This document shows, one piece after another, positions 39,101 to 51,340 of a DNA stretch of 64,000 nucleotides. Numbering within the stretch: position 1 is the stretch's first letter; every line of letters starts with the position of its first letter. The notes beneath the pieces were generated by a model. The model saw nothing but the letters and a program-made list of their open reading frames with translations. It made no database searches and had not been told where the DNA came from. This DNA is from Macrostomum hystrix (taxonomy: Eukaryota; Animalia; Platyhelminthes). Both the position numbers and the translations under genes were made by a program. The DNA lies in assembly GCA_950097015.1 (NCBI GenBank), contig CATNEN010000039.1, positions 9,300,001-9,364,000 of the forward strand, read 5' to 3'.

Positions 39101-42100
39101 GTTGTCGGTACACAACCGCATGGCAGCCGAATAACCAATGTCCACCTCCACAATGAGCTCATCAGGCGCACCCATCAGGCCGTACTGCACCCATTCCATG
39201 TCGACGTTAAGCTTCTTGTCAGCCGGCAGGTCCATGTCAAGCAGCAGCAGGCGAGAGAAATCAGCCGAGAACACGGCGTGCCCGAACCAGAAGCTAGGCG
39301 TGTACCTGCGGATTCAGGGCGTGATGCGAAACATCTATTTCATCTTCTTTCTAAAACAGAATCTGCTTCTCTCGAATTCCTAACCTACTTCTACCAAATT
39401 CCTAACCTACTTCTACCAAATTCCTAACCTACTTCTACCAAATTCCTAACCTACTTCTACCAAATTCCTAACCTACTTCTACCAAATTCCTAACCTACTT
39501 CTACCAAATTCCTAACCTACTTCTACCAAATTCCTAACCTACTTCTACCAAATTCCTAACCTCCTCGTACTTTTCTTACATCCTTAATTTGCGTAAAAAA
39601 TAGCAAATCCCTCATCTACTTCACCCAATCTCTAAAATCCCTAATCTACTATTCCAAAATCCCTAATCCACTTCTCTCAAATCCCTAATCCACTTCTCTC
39701 AAATCCCTGATCCACTTCTCTCAAATCCCTGATCCACTTCTCTCAAATCCCTGATCCACTTCTCTCAAATCCCTGATCCACTTCTCTCAAATCCCTGATC
39801 CACTTCTCTCAAATCCCTGATCCATTTCTCTCAAATCCCTGATCCACTTCTCTCAAATCCCTAAGCCACTTCTCTCAAATCCCTAAGCCACTTCTCTCAA
39901 ATCCCTAAGCCAATTCTCCCTTGTCCATCATCCCATCGCGCACCAGAACGGGTAGGCCGGCGGGCGGGCCAATTGAAATTCGCCGTGCAGGCGAAAGGCG
40001 ACGTCGACAAAGTCCGGGCCAGCGTAGCGCACCAGGGCGACGCTGCTGTGCGGCGGGTGCCGGGTGGAGGCGAAGGCGCCCGGATGAAAAGCCGACAGCA
40101 GGGCTCGAATCGCCCTACCGCCCGGCGAGTCGGCGTACTCAGGTGGCAGGTAGCGGTTCATCGAGTGAGCAGTTTCGTAGTCGAATTCGTCGCGAATATC
40201 CATGCCGCTCTGGCTGGTGTCCAGGGGTTGGCGGGTCAGATAGTAGGGCCGGCCGACTGTCTGATTGGCTGGCGGTCTCAGGCCGGCTATGAGCAGCGAC
40301 TCGGGCAGGTCCAGCGGGCAGCGATGCGGCTGAGTCCAGTTGAGCAGCGCGTTTAGATAGTGTAAGTTGGTGCCCTGGCTCTGAAGTTAAGAGGGGATGT
40401 ATAATGAAGCGCTGGGTGGGCGTCTAGTATCATCGCGTCAGTGGCGTGGGTGTTGAAAAATTTGAGTGGAGGTGGGGTGGATGTAGATGAATCATAGCGG
40501 AGGTGGGGTGGGTGTTGAAAAAATCTGAGCGGTGGTGGGGTGGGTGTTGAAGAAATCAGAGCGGAGGTGGGGTAGGTGTTGAAGAAATCAGATCGGAGGT
40601 GGGGGTGGGTGTTGAAAAAATCTGAGAGGAGGTGGGGTGGGTGTTGAAGAAATCACAGCGGAGGTGGGGTGGGTGTTGAAGAAATCTGAGCGGAGGTGGG
40701 GTGGGTGTTGAAGAAATCTGAGCGGAGGTGGGGTGGGCATATAAGGAATGATAAGGGATGTCGGGTGAATCGCCATGCTAAATAAAAGCGGAGGAGGGGT
40801 GGATGCCTGATGAGTCATCAGCGGTCGTGAATGTAAATTTTTAAAGCCCAAAGCCTAAGGTATTAGATAATCCATTAGATAACAGGTTGGAAAGAGGCAA
40901 ACACACCGGCAGCAGGTTCTTGGTGATGGTGTCCAGGTGCAGCGGGTCAAACTCGCACTGCAGGCGGATCATTCTCTGACCGGCGCCTTCAATGGCCGCC
41001 TGGTTGGCCGGCTGGGGCGGGTTGATGTCCTGGGCCAGTTGATGGAAACAAAAGTAGCAAATTATCATTTTGTCATGTCAGTCTTCAGGAGTCAAGCAAC
41101 AATTTTATTTTTTCCAAAGTAAAAACGAACTAGTCTTTTAAAGACTTTAAAGACTCCGTTCCTTTTTTTCTCCTTAAGTAACGGGCCTCTCCGACACTCA
41201 CCTTCTAAACCTTCCGTTATAATAATAATAGTTTCAGGAAGGCTGCGGGCAATGACACATCAAAACCTTCCGTTAGCCATAAGCTTAAAAAGCAACGAAT
41301 GCTAACGGGGTGAGTGGGACAGCGGTTAACGAGTTTGCCTCTCTGGCGCCAAGGTCCCTGAGCTCGATTCCGCGGCGAGGCCTCATTCGTTTGGGGCGCA
41401 GCCGCGGAGAGAAGGCTTGGGCGCTTGTAGTGCAATTTAAGCCCTTGAGGGCCAACCTCCAAGGCACAGTGAGAGTGTACACTGCCTGACGATAGCAGAT
41501 GTACACACCTGTGTGAGCGTATGCCTGCGTACAGTATCTGTGTGGGTGTGTTCTTAGAAGTCAGCGAAATGGGCAGAATTGCCTCCTCGCTGGCTGCAGG
41601 TCTAGTGTCACTAAATGATGTGCCATTGCCCGCAGTCCTCCTGCAATTATTACTTTTAGTATTAAACCAATAAATTAACCTTACCGAGCAACGGAGCAAG
41701 ACTAAAAGTAGCGGAATCTAAATGAAGCAAACTGTATTGTTTCCAAAAAGTAACGATTTTTACAAACGATTAGAACGAAACGTTTCTTTGCAAAACATTA
41801 AGCTTCTATAATTAACAATCTGTGCAGCATTGATAAACAGAAGCAAATAATATATAGAATAACAAGGACAAGCGCGCACCTTGACATGTCCAATGCGCTG
41901 CATCAGTCTGGCGAACTCAGATGGGTCCAGGTAGTCATCACTGTCAGAGTCCATGCTGCGGAATAGGCGAAAGAACGACTCGCCTATGTAGTTCACCACC
42001 ACGTTCGGGGCCATTGTCATGCTGACAGGCCTGCGACCTGCCGTGTCATCCGAGGGCACATCCAGGCCCTTGCTGCCCGGCGATGATGGGAAGGGAGTTT

Positions 42101-44895
42101 TTGTATGTTATAGCGCTTCTGTGCTAAGTTAAAAAGCTTTGTTTGCTACTTCGCTATCCACTGACTACTATTCAGTATCCACTATACACTATCTACTATC
42201 CACTATCTACTATCCACTGTCTACTATCCCCTATCTACCATCCACTATCTACCATCCACTATCTACTACCCCCTATCCACTATCCACTATCTACTATCTA
42301 CTATCTACTATACAATATCTACCATCCACTATCTACTATCTACTATCTATCATCCACTATCTACTATCTACTATACAATATCTACCATCCACTATCTACT
42401 ATCTACTATCCACTATCTACTATCTACTATACAATATCTACCATCCACTATCTACTATCTACTATCTACCATCCACTATCCACTATCCACTATCTACTAT
42501 CTACCATCCACTATCTACTATCCACTATCTACTATCTACCATCCACTATCTACTATCCCCTATCTACCATCCATTATCTACCAATCCACTATCTATTACC
42601 CCCTATCCAGTATTTACCATCCACTATCTACTATCCACAATCTACTACCCACTATCTACCTTCCACCATCCACTATCCACAATCCACTATCCCCTATCTA
42701 CCATCCATTATCTACCAATCCACTATCTATTACCCCCTATCCAGTATTTACCATCCACTATCTACTATCCACAATCTACTACCCACTATCTACCTTCCAC
42801 CATCCACTATCCACAATCCACTATCTACTATCTACCAATCCACTATCTACTACCCCCTAGCCACTATCTACCATCCACTATCCACTATCTACTATCCATC
42901 ATCCACTATCCACTATCCACTATCTACTATCTACCATCCACTATCCACTATCTACTATCTACTATCTACCATCCAATATCTACCATCCACTATCTATCAT
43001 CCACTATCTACTATCTACCATCCACTATCTACTATCCACTATCTACCATCCAGTATCTACTATCCATTATCCACTATCTAACATCTACTATCTACCATCC
43101 ACTATCTACTATCTACCATCCACTATCTACTATCTACCATCCACTATCTACTATCTACCATCCACTATCTACCATCCATTATCTACCAATCCACTATCTA
43201 TTACCCCCTATCCAGTATTTACCATCCACTATCTACTATCCCTATCTACCAATCCACTATCTACTACCCCCTAGCCACTATCTACCATCCACTATCCACT
43301 ATCTACTATCCATCATCCACTATCCACTATCTACTATCTACTATCTACCATCCACTATCTACCATCTACTATCTACCATCCACTATCTACTATCTACCAT
43401 CCACTATCTACTATCCACTATCTACCATCCACTATCTACTATCCATTATCCACTATCTACCATCCACTATCTACCATCCACTATCCACTATCTACTATCC
43501 ATCATCCACTATCCACTATCCACTATCTACTATCTACCATCCACTATCCACTATCTACTATCTACTATCTACCATCCAATATCTACCATCCACTATCTAC
43601 CATCCACTATCTACTATCTACCATCCACTATCTACTATCCACTATCTACCATCCAGTATCTACTATCCATTATCCACTATCTAACATCTACTATCTACCA
43701 TCCACTATCTACTATCTACCATCCAATATCTACTATCTACCATCCACTATCTACTATCTACCATCCACTATCTACCATCCATTATCTACCAATCCACTAT
43801 CTATTACCATCTATCCAGTATTTACCATCCACTATCTACTATCCCTATCTACCAATCCACTATCTACCAATCCACTATCTACTACCCCCTAGCCACTATC
43901 TACCATCCACTATCCACTATCTACTATCCATCATCCACTATCCACTATCTACTATCTACCATCCACTATCTACCATCTACTATCTACCATCCACTATCTA
44001 CTATCTACCATCCACTATCTACTATCCACTATCTACCATCCACTATCTACTATCCATTATCCACTATCTACCATCCACTATCTACCATCCACTATCCACT
44101 ATCTACTATCCATCATCCACTATCCACTATCCACTATCTACTATCTACCATCCACTATCCACTATCTACTATCTACTATGTACCATCCAATATCTACTAT
44201 CCACTATCTACCATCCACTATCTACTATCTACCATCCACTATCTACTATCCACTATCTACCATCCACTATCCACTATCTACTATCTACCATCCACTATCT
44301 ACTATCCACTATCTACCATCCACTATCTACTATCTACTATCTACTATCTACCATCTAATATCTACCATCCACTATCTACCATCCACTATCTACTATCTAC
44401 CATCCACTATCCACTATCTACTATCTACCATCCACTATCTACTATCTACCATCCACTATCCACTATCCAGTATCTATAATCCACTATCTACCATCCACCA
44501 TCCACTATCTACCATCCACTATCCACTATCCAGTATCTATTATCCACTATCTACCATCCACCATCCACTATCTACCATCCACAATCCACTATCTACTATC
44601 TACTAGTCAATGCACTGGTGGCATCGCAAAGTCACCGGTTGTAGAAGCTTTCCAAGCCAGGATCGCCGATTCTCAACGTCCTGGCGATGCCCAGAGCGAA
44701 GGCGAACCGCTTGAAGTACCCATAGTACTTGGCCTGCAGCGCCTGCTGCTGGTAGACTGTGCCCACGCCGGCAGCTATAACGACAATAAAAACTGCCCAG
44801 CTGATGTACAGTGTTCGCGGCCGGAATCTCAGTATTAGCCGACGTCTTTCAAAAGACACGGACGATAACGGTGGAACCGCGTCCACGGACGCCAT
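36121..44895 (-). CDS. SELENON: Selenoprotein N (Sec at in-frame TGA 37609-37611), 7 exons
   Basis: N-terminal TM, EF-hand [104 protein letters not shown]-terminal YLKFLEEGL. Phase-consistent exons 44895-44636, 42072-41880, 41029-40907, 40380-39944, 39305-39073, 37850-37325, 36202-36121. Confidence 0.93.
36280..37150. repeat. Polypurine (GA-rich) low-complexity repeat in the last SelN intron
   Basis: GGAGAGAGA(C/T)AAGGAGAGGGAGAA-type units. Confidence 0.95.
37563..37603 (-). promoter_or_regulatory. Sec redefinition element (SRE)-like hairpin downstream of the UGA
   Basis: Perfect 14-bp inverted repeat CGGCCGGGTTCTCC / GGAGAACCCGGCCG with a 13-nt loop, starting 5 nt 3' of the Sec TGA. Confidence 0.7.
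37870..38530. repeat. ~33-bp degenerate minisatellite (ATCCTGATCCACTAATCCTATCAACCTATCAAT) in a SelN intron
   Basis: Directly visible. Confidence 0.9.
38830..39035. repeat. ~33-bp tandem repeat (GAGCAATCGTGTTATCAATCTATCAATAATTTT) in a SelN intron
   Basis: Directly visible, ~6 units. Confidence 0.85.
39376..39562. repeat. 22-bp perfect tandem repeat (TTCCTAACCTACTTCTACCAAA) x~8
   Basis: Directly visible. Confidence 0.9.
39655..39912. repeat. 22-bp tandem repeat (ATCCCTGATCCACTTCTCTCAA) x~11
   Basis: Directly visible. Confidence 0.9.
40445..40740. repeat. ~31-bp G-rich tandem repeat (GAGCGGAGGTGGGGTGGGTGTTGAAGAAATCT)
   Basis: Directly visible in a SelN intron. Confidence 0.9.
41308..41652 (+). 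mobile_element. SINE family B, near full-length
   Basis: tRNA-like head (gtgggacagcggttaac...gctcgattcc), body, tail cctcctgcaattatta. Confidence 0.8.
42150..44605. repeat. 7-bp satellite (CCACTAT/CTACTAT/CTACCAT), ~2.4 kb, SelN intron 1
   Basis: Directly visible; produces the spurious 739-aa ORF. Confidence 0.95.
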
Positions 44896-45271
44896 GCAAC
44901 GCTTCGAAAAAGATTTTCTATTAGACGAGCAATGCCACTGAAATGAAGACCGTGGAATAGCGTTTCTCTGGTGTGCCTAAATGTACACCAATTAGCGGGG
45001 CATTGGACGGCTGTGTGGACGAGCCCTTAGCCAATCATCGCACGAATAATTCTTTATCGGACTTCATAACCAATACAGCTACCCCGAATGTACATATCTG
45101 AAAGCTTCATTGGCTGGATAGTTAAAAAAAGAACAAATTTCCACGCACTGTACACACCTCATAAACTGAAACTTTGGAGGTGGTACAAGTAGAGCTAAAT
45201 ACTATGCATATCAAAATTATATACCCGATTGCGAAACAGTAGTCAACTGTACTCAGGTAAAAAAGAACATC
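44896..45271. promoter_or_regulatory. Bidirectional CCAAT-box promoter region between SELENON and the BOK-like gene
   Basis: Divergent ATGs ~376 bp apart; CCAAT/ATTGG at 44988, 45002, 45031, 45070 and 45109. Confidence 0.6.
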
Positions 45272-46542
45272 ATGCAGCAGCACCAGCAGACGGCTAATAT
45301 AGACATTTTCATAGTTGGACCAGATCAGGACGTCAGCAAGGACGAGAACAACAACAGAGAGATTGCAACAGCGTTCGCATTCTCGTCGACTACGGCCTGG
45401 CAAGCGGAGGCGCGCAGCCTGTGCCGGGAGTACATCGGACACCGGCTGTGCCGAGCTGGTCTCATGACACCCGGCCTACTGTACAGCCTGCCACCGAATA
45501 CCAGCTCCCAGGCCAGCCAGCGACTGAGACGGATCTGTCAACGCCTGGAGCTGCTCCATGCGGACGTGTTCGCCAAACCATTGACGGGCCAGCTCGGCCT
45601 GAGACTGCTGCCAAATCAGGGCGTCACAGATGCCGTTGCCATCGAAACAATTAGAAGAGCTTTCCGCAAATTTATCAGAAGCCTGTTGCTATGCGATTTC
45701 GAACCAACCAATGAGGTCACCTGGGACTGGGGTCGACCAGCTGCTATCTATTGCATGGCCGGTAGCTTCACTCTGGACTATGCGTCCGCCAGGATGGCTG
45801 CCCGGCCATGCTCACCTAGCCACAGTCGATCGGTTGAGCAATCTGTCAAGAGCTTGGCCGAATGCCTAGCCGAGTGCCTAGCTGAGTGCTCAATGGAGTG
45901 CCGGCCGCTGGTTGATTGGCTAACTGAACACGGCGGCTGGTATTTTGTGAGCTACCAAAGTGTTTTTAAGCTGTCGAAAGTCCAGTGAGGCTGATTGCCT
46001 CCTGCAGTAGAGTCACCCACCCACCCCACTCCAGGGCACCCACCACACTCCTAGGCACCCACCCCACTCCAGGGCACCAACCCCACTCCTAGGCACCCAC
46101 CCCACTCCTGGGCACCAACCCCACTCCAGGGCACCCACCCTACTCCTGGGCACCCAACCAACTCCAGGGAACCCACCCCAGTTTAGGACACCCACCCCAC
46201 TCCAACCCCACTGGCACATCATTGTGACAGCTAGTCGAGCTGCAGCCAGCGAGGAGGCAATTCTGAGCACACACAAAAATCCTCCCTTTGACTTTCTCAT
46301 CGTCAGGCAGTTTACACTCTCACTGTGACTTTGGGGTTCCCAATTGGACATTTTTTAATTTTTTTGCAAAACGAAAAATATCATGTTTCCCCACCCACAC
46401 TACCTTGCCACTCCAACAGCCGAACATGGAGACAGCAGCTGCAGCGATCAGGCGTACAGGCCAACCAATGGAAACTTTCTGGCAGAAAATACTAGCCAAA
46501 TGCGTAGCTTACTACTATCAACTACGGGAACGCATTTTCTAA
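45272..46542 (+). CDS. BOK: Bcl-2 family protein, BOK-like
   Basis: BH4-like EARSLCREYIGHRLCRAGL, BH3-position LRRICQRLELLH..VF, BH1-like TWDWGRPAAIYCMAG, BH2 LVDWLTEHGGW. Exons 45272-45946 and 46420-46542 (phase 0). Confidence 0.75.
46015..46215. repeat. ~21-bp C-rich tandem repeat (CACCCACCCCACTCC[A/T]GGG) in the BOK-like intron
   Basis: Directly visible. Confidence 0.85.
46215..46340 (-). mobile_element. SINE family B fragment
   Basis: gccagcgaggaggcaattctg, ctcatcgtcaggcagt. Confidence 0.6.
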
Positions 46543-46719
46543 CTATTTACTAACGACAATACTAAGTAAAATTCGTACTATTTACAAATTAAAACAAATA
46601 AAACACGTTTCTCGTTACAGATAGCTACAAATGATGAGTTTACTACATTTTTTCAATAAAAGAGTGATAATAGCCAATGATAATTAGAATTATACTACTT
46701 AATGCGCTTGGAAACAAAC

Positions 46720-47135
46720 ATAATGCCACGAAACACATTTCTGTACAAAACTGTAACAGTTATTTAACTAACTTCCAGAATCACAGAACATCGGCATCGT
46801 CGAGGCATTCAGCGATTCTAGTCGGGGTGTCTGTTGGAAAAACCACAAATTTCTTTTCACAAAATTTCATAATGAAATCATTGTTGACTATTTTGGATTG
46901 ATTAATTTTTTTAAACCACCAAATAGGTTTATTCAGAGCAATGTAAGTTGGTTTTTGTCACCAGGCACTCCAACAGGAATCGCTGAATATATCGACGATG
47001 CTGACGTCGGACGGCTGTGAAAGTTAGTTCATCGTAAAGGGTGGAAAATATTTGAATTCACAGGATGGACTTTCACGAAATTCGGTCATTCGGTTTGGTT
47101 TCGGTTTCGGTTCGTCGAGCTTTCCCCAAGGAGGA
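46720..47135. mobile_element. MITE family C, inverted copy
   Basis: acttccagaatcaca, cgacgatgctgacgtcggacggct, ggtcattcggtttgg. Confidence 0.7.
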
Positions 47136-47778
47136 AATAGCGCGCCCTTTACTGTTCAAAGCAAAATCAGTCATAGACTCAAAGCCGGTAAAGTCGGTTA
47201 AAAAGAAGCCAAGCTAACCAATTCGATCATTTGATTAATTATTTAGCGGTAACTTATCGTGACTTACAAGTTAAATTTCAACATAAGGAATTTTCGATGC
47301 GGCATTTCGTATTATAAAATGCAGGGAAGAAAATTTGCTAGATACTAAATCCAATTAGCGGGACTGACCAGATTCTTTGGTGAAAATCCTGATACTTTTT
47401 GTATCTTAGGATTACAACGAACTATGGATTCTGTAAATTTACGTCGAATAAAGATTGGGCAAATAGCGAATAGAGAGATTAGGATTAGGGCGAAAAGGGA
47501 TTCGGGAGAATGGGGATTAAGGAGAACTAGGATTTTTGGGATTAGGGATTGGGGAGAATCGGAATTAGGCATTGATTAGGAATAAAATACAGATAAGGAA
47601 GAAATAGATTAGGAAGAATTGGGATTTGGGAGAATGTGGATTAGAATAATTGGGATGAAAAGGGTGAATCTAAGGGATCAGCGATTTCGGATTCAGGTGA
47701 AATAATTACCCCGCCAGGTGAGATTTCAAAGATGGGGATTAAGGAGCATTCTGGCATCTAGGCGGTTAAGCCCGCACT

Positions 47779-48933
47779 CTAATTATCTTCCTCTTCGTCC
47801 GAGTCGTCTTCCAGTCCGTCCAGCTCGCCCTCCGGCATGCCCAGCTCGCGCCACAGCCCGGCGATGACGTTGGCCGCCAGCTCGCGCCTTTCGGCGCTGT
47901 GCACCGGCAGCTGGTCGGCCTGCGCCTTGGCGCGCATCACCCGGGCGAACAGCGACTCGAGCCGCCGACCGTCCTCGTCGTCGTCGTAGACCCGGTCCAG
48001 CAGAGCTTCGTCCACAACTGGAACAGTGGATGGCGAAGACGAAGCTGCTGCTGCCGCCGAGCTGATGGCTGAAGCCACCGCCGCGGCCGCGGCAGCTGCC
48101 TCCTCCTTGTCAGCTGTCTCCAGCGATTCCTGACTATCGCCAGCTGCTGACGGAGAAGCTGACATCGGCTTGTCCTCGCCGGGTTCCCCGGCGGCTCTCT
48201 CAGCCAGCAGCTGCTCCCGAATCCGGCGCATGGAGTCAGACTCCTGACGGTCGGCGGCGGAGCGCATCACCAGATTCGGCCACGGGTGCGAGTGCAGCGC
48301 CTGCCGCATTCGCTCCAGTCCGCAGCGGTCGTCATCCTCCTCTTCGACATCCTCGTCGTCAGTGGCGGCTTCAGCCTCAGCGCTGGCCAATTCGATCAGT
48401 TCAAAGCCGTTGCCGACACACCAGCCGACCGCCTCGTCGCGACTGACTTCGTCAACGTTCTCGCCGAGCCTGTCGGAGGTGACCAGGAATCGAACCTCCG
48501 GCTCCAGGTGTTCCAGGTAGGCCAGCCAAGATTTGGCCACATCAAAGCAGCGCCTCTGGCCGGGACAAAAGTACAAGCCGACAGCTTCGACAGCGTCGGC
48601 GAGCTCCTGACTGCCCAGCAGCGGCTCCGGCACCTCAACGATTTCAACATCGGCTTCGTAGTACTTGTTACTAAGGCGCCATTGGTAGGCGGAGCACTGA
48701 CCGACTGGCAGCCCGGTTGAGCAGCTCGGCGGTGTTGGCGACGGTCCTGTCTGGCCCAGAAGGCCGCCAACCAGCCCAGGGTACAGCGAAGTTGCTGGAT
48801 CTGTTCGGCCGGCCGAGCAGCAGGCGGACAGAAGCAGCACCGGCTTGATGGATGGCGAGGCCGCCGCGGCCAAGTCCGAGTCAACTGACGATTGCTGGAG
48901 AATTTCAATGCTGAATTTGAGCACACTACTCAT
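47779..48933 (-). CDS. AAGAB: Alpha- and gamma-adaptin-binding protein p34 (AAGAB), single coding exon
   Basis: WRLSNKYYEADV, WCVGNGFELIEL, acidic loop, GLERMRQALHSHPWPNL, C-terminal LESLFARV..ERRELAA..W, acidic tail. Confidence 0.9.
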   Translation of the reverse strand: MSSVLKFSIEILQQSSVDSDLAAAASPSIKPVLLLSACCSAGRTDPATSLYPGLVGGLLGQTGPSPTPPSCSTGLPVGQCSAYQWRLSNKYYEADVEIVEVPEPLLGSQELADAVEAVGLYFCPGQRRCFDVAKSWLAYLEHLEPEVRFLVTSDRLGENVDEVSRDEAVGWCVGNGFELIELASAEAEAATDDEDVEEEDDDRCGLERMRQALHSHPWPNLVMRSAADRQESDSMRRIREQLLAERAAGEPGEDKPMSASPSAAGDSQESLETADKEEAAAAAAAVASAISSAAAAASSSPSTVPVVDEALLDRVYDDDEDGRRLESLFARVMRAKAQADQLPVHSAERRELAANVIAGLWRELGMPEGELDGLEDDSDEEEDN

Positions 48934-48994
48934 CAACTGCCCATAGACTTTGCCACATCCTGATCCTCATATTTTCTTTTACTTGGATCCTGTC

Positions 48995-50250
48995 TCATCC
49001 ATCCCTTAGATTCTTATCTTTCCCATCCCTTAGATTACTATCTTTCCCATCCCTTAGATTACTATCTTTCCCATCCCTTAGATTTCTACCTTTCCCATCC
49101 CTTAGATTACTATCTTCCCCATTCCTTAGATACATATCTTCCCCATTCCTTAGATACATATCTTCCCCATTCCTTAGATACATATCTTCCCCATTCCTTA
49201 GATACATATCTTCCCCATTCCTTAGATACATATCTTTCCCATCCCTTAGATTACTATCTTCCCCATTCCTTAGATACATATCTTCCCCATTCCTTAGATA
49301 CATATCTTTCCCATCCCTTAGATTACTATCTTTCCCATCCCTTAGATTCTTATCTTTCCCATCCCTTAGATTCTTATCTTTCCCATCCCTTAGATTACTA
49401 TCTTTCCCATCCCTTAGATTACTATCTTTCCCATCCCTTAGATTACTATCTTTCCCATCCCTTAGATTACTATCTTTCCCATCCCTTAGATTCTTATCTT
49501 TCCCATCCCTTAGATTACCATCTTTCCCACCCCTTAGATTCTTATCTTTCCCATCCTTTAGATTCTTATCGTTCCCATCCCTTAGATTACTGTCTTTCCC
49601 ATCCCTTAGATTACCATCTTTCCCATCCCTTAGATTCTTATCTTTCCCATCCCTTAGATTCTTATCTTTCCCATCCCTTAGATTACTATCTTTCCCATCC
49701 CTTAGATTACTATCTTTCCCATCCCTTAGATTACTATCTTTCCCATTCCTTAGATTACTATCTTTCCCATTCCTTAGATTACTATCTTCCCCATTCCTTA
49801 GATACATATCTTCCCCATTCCTTAGATACATATCTTCCCCATTCCTTAGATACATATCTTTCCCATCCCTTAGATTACTATCTTTCCCATCCCTTAGATT
49901 ACTATCTTTCCCATCCCTTAGATTCTTATCTTTCCCATCCCTTAGATTCTTATCTTTCCCATCCCTTAGATTACTATCTTTCCTATCCCTTAGATTCTTA
50001 TCTTTCCCATCCTTTAGATTCTTATCGTTCCCATCCCTTAGATTACTGTCTTTCCCATCCCTTAGATTACCATCTTTCCCATCCCTTAGATTCTTATCTT
50101 TCCCATCCCTTAGATTCTTATCTTTCCCATCCCTTAGATTACTATCTTTCCCATCCCTTAGATTACTATCTTTCCCATCCCTTAGATTACTATCTTTCCC
50201 ATCCCTTAGATTCTTATCTTACCCATCCTTTAGATTACCATATTTCCCAT
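48995..50250. repeat. 24-bp minisatellite (ATCCCTTAGATTACTATCTTTCCC and variants), ~50 units
   Basis: Directly visible just upstream of AAGAB. Confidence 0.95.
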
Positions 50251-51159
50251 CCATTAGAATCCAATTTTTACCATCCATTGGAGTTCATCTTTCCTATGCC
50301 TTAGATAAATATCATTCTTATTCCTTAAATTCTAAACTATCTATATTCTATCTTCCCCATTCCTTTGGATACCTATCTTTCCCATCCCTTATATTTAATC
50401 TTCCCCATTCCTTAGATTCCTATTTTCCCATACCTTGGATACCTATCTTTCCCATCCCTTATATTCCATCTTCCATCTTTACTACCCAAGTTATCCATTT
50501 CAGTATGTTTTGCTGGTAATCGTTTAGATTATATTACGTTTTTACTTCTTACTAGATTTGCATAGAAATGAAAACTTAAATGTCATGGCATTTTATTGTA
50601 CTAACTGAAAGAAAGCTGCTTAATAAACTATAATTATTTATTATGATTAGTTTTAATAATAATATTGAAAGTAGCAACGTATCTCTGGCATTTTTTCTAA
50701 AAAATATCGAACACTGACCCAGCGGATGGAAGTGTTTCAGAATAAGAAAATTGCGCAACTTCGTTCGCTAAACAAAACACGCAAAACACACAATAGCATA
50801 AAAAGTAAGCGAAAGTAAGCGATTTCTTATCTTGAATTCATGAAGTATTATTTTTTAAGTTAAGCAACAGTTAATTAGCTTACAATATATGAAAGCGATA
50901 ACAAAGAGCGAAGGAACAATAGAAAAAAGAATTGGTAGGATTACATAATAAAGTCACAATAAGTTGTGCAATGTGTATAAGTCGTGCCACTCCTTACAAT
51001 AATAATATTCTGTTGCAAATGAAATATATAGAAACACAGACAAAATTGGATTGTTACACGGGCTGTTTGATTCAGAATGAAAGCTTTTCCATGATTCTTT
51101 TATCTGTACTTACTGGTTACTCAAATTACTGGCTTTAGAACTGACAGATTTACATTCTA

Positions 51160-51340
51160 GCTGTGTACATTCAGATGTACTTACTAACTGCGTACATTAG
51201 ATGTACATTCAGATGTACTTACTAACTGCGTACATTAGATGTACATTCAGATGTACTTACTAACTGCGTACATTAGATGTACATTCAGATGTACTTACTA
51301 ACTGCGTACATTTAGATGTACATTCAGATAGATGTACACG
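51160..51340. repeat. ~38-bp tandem repeat x4 (TGTACATTCAGATGTACTTACTAACTGCGTACATTAGA)
   Basis: Directly visible. Confidence 0.9.

Noticed and set aside
42139-44606. 739-aa YPLSTI-repeat ORF
   Set aside because: 7-bp satellite in SelN intron 1
46285-46315. CTGACGA-TGA-GAAA in SINE family B resembling a hammerhead ribozyme core
   Set aside because: No stem II or cleavage-site stem; the motif lies in a simple hairpin (TGCCTGAC..GTCAGGGCA) of the SINE body
48995-49855. 286-aa LRDGKDSN-repeat ORF
   Set aside because: 24-bp minisatellite; no unique coding sequence
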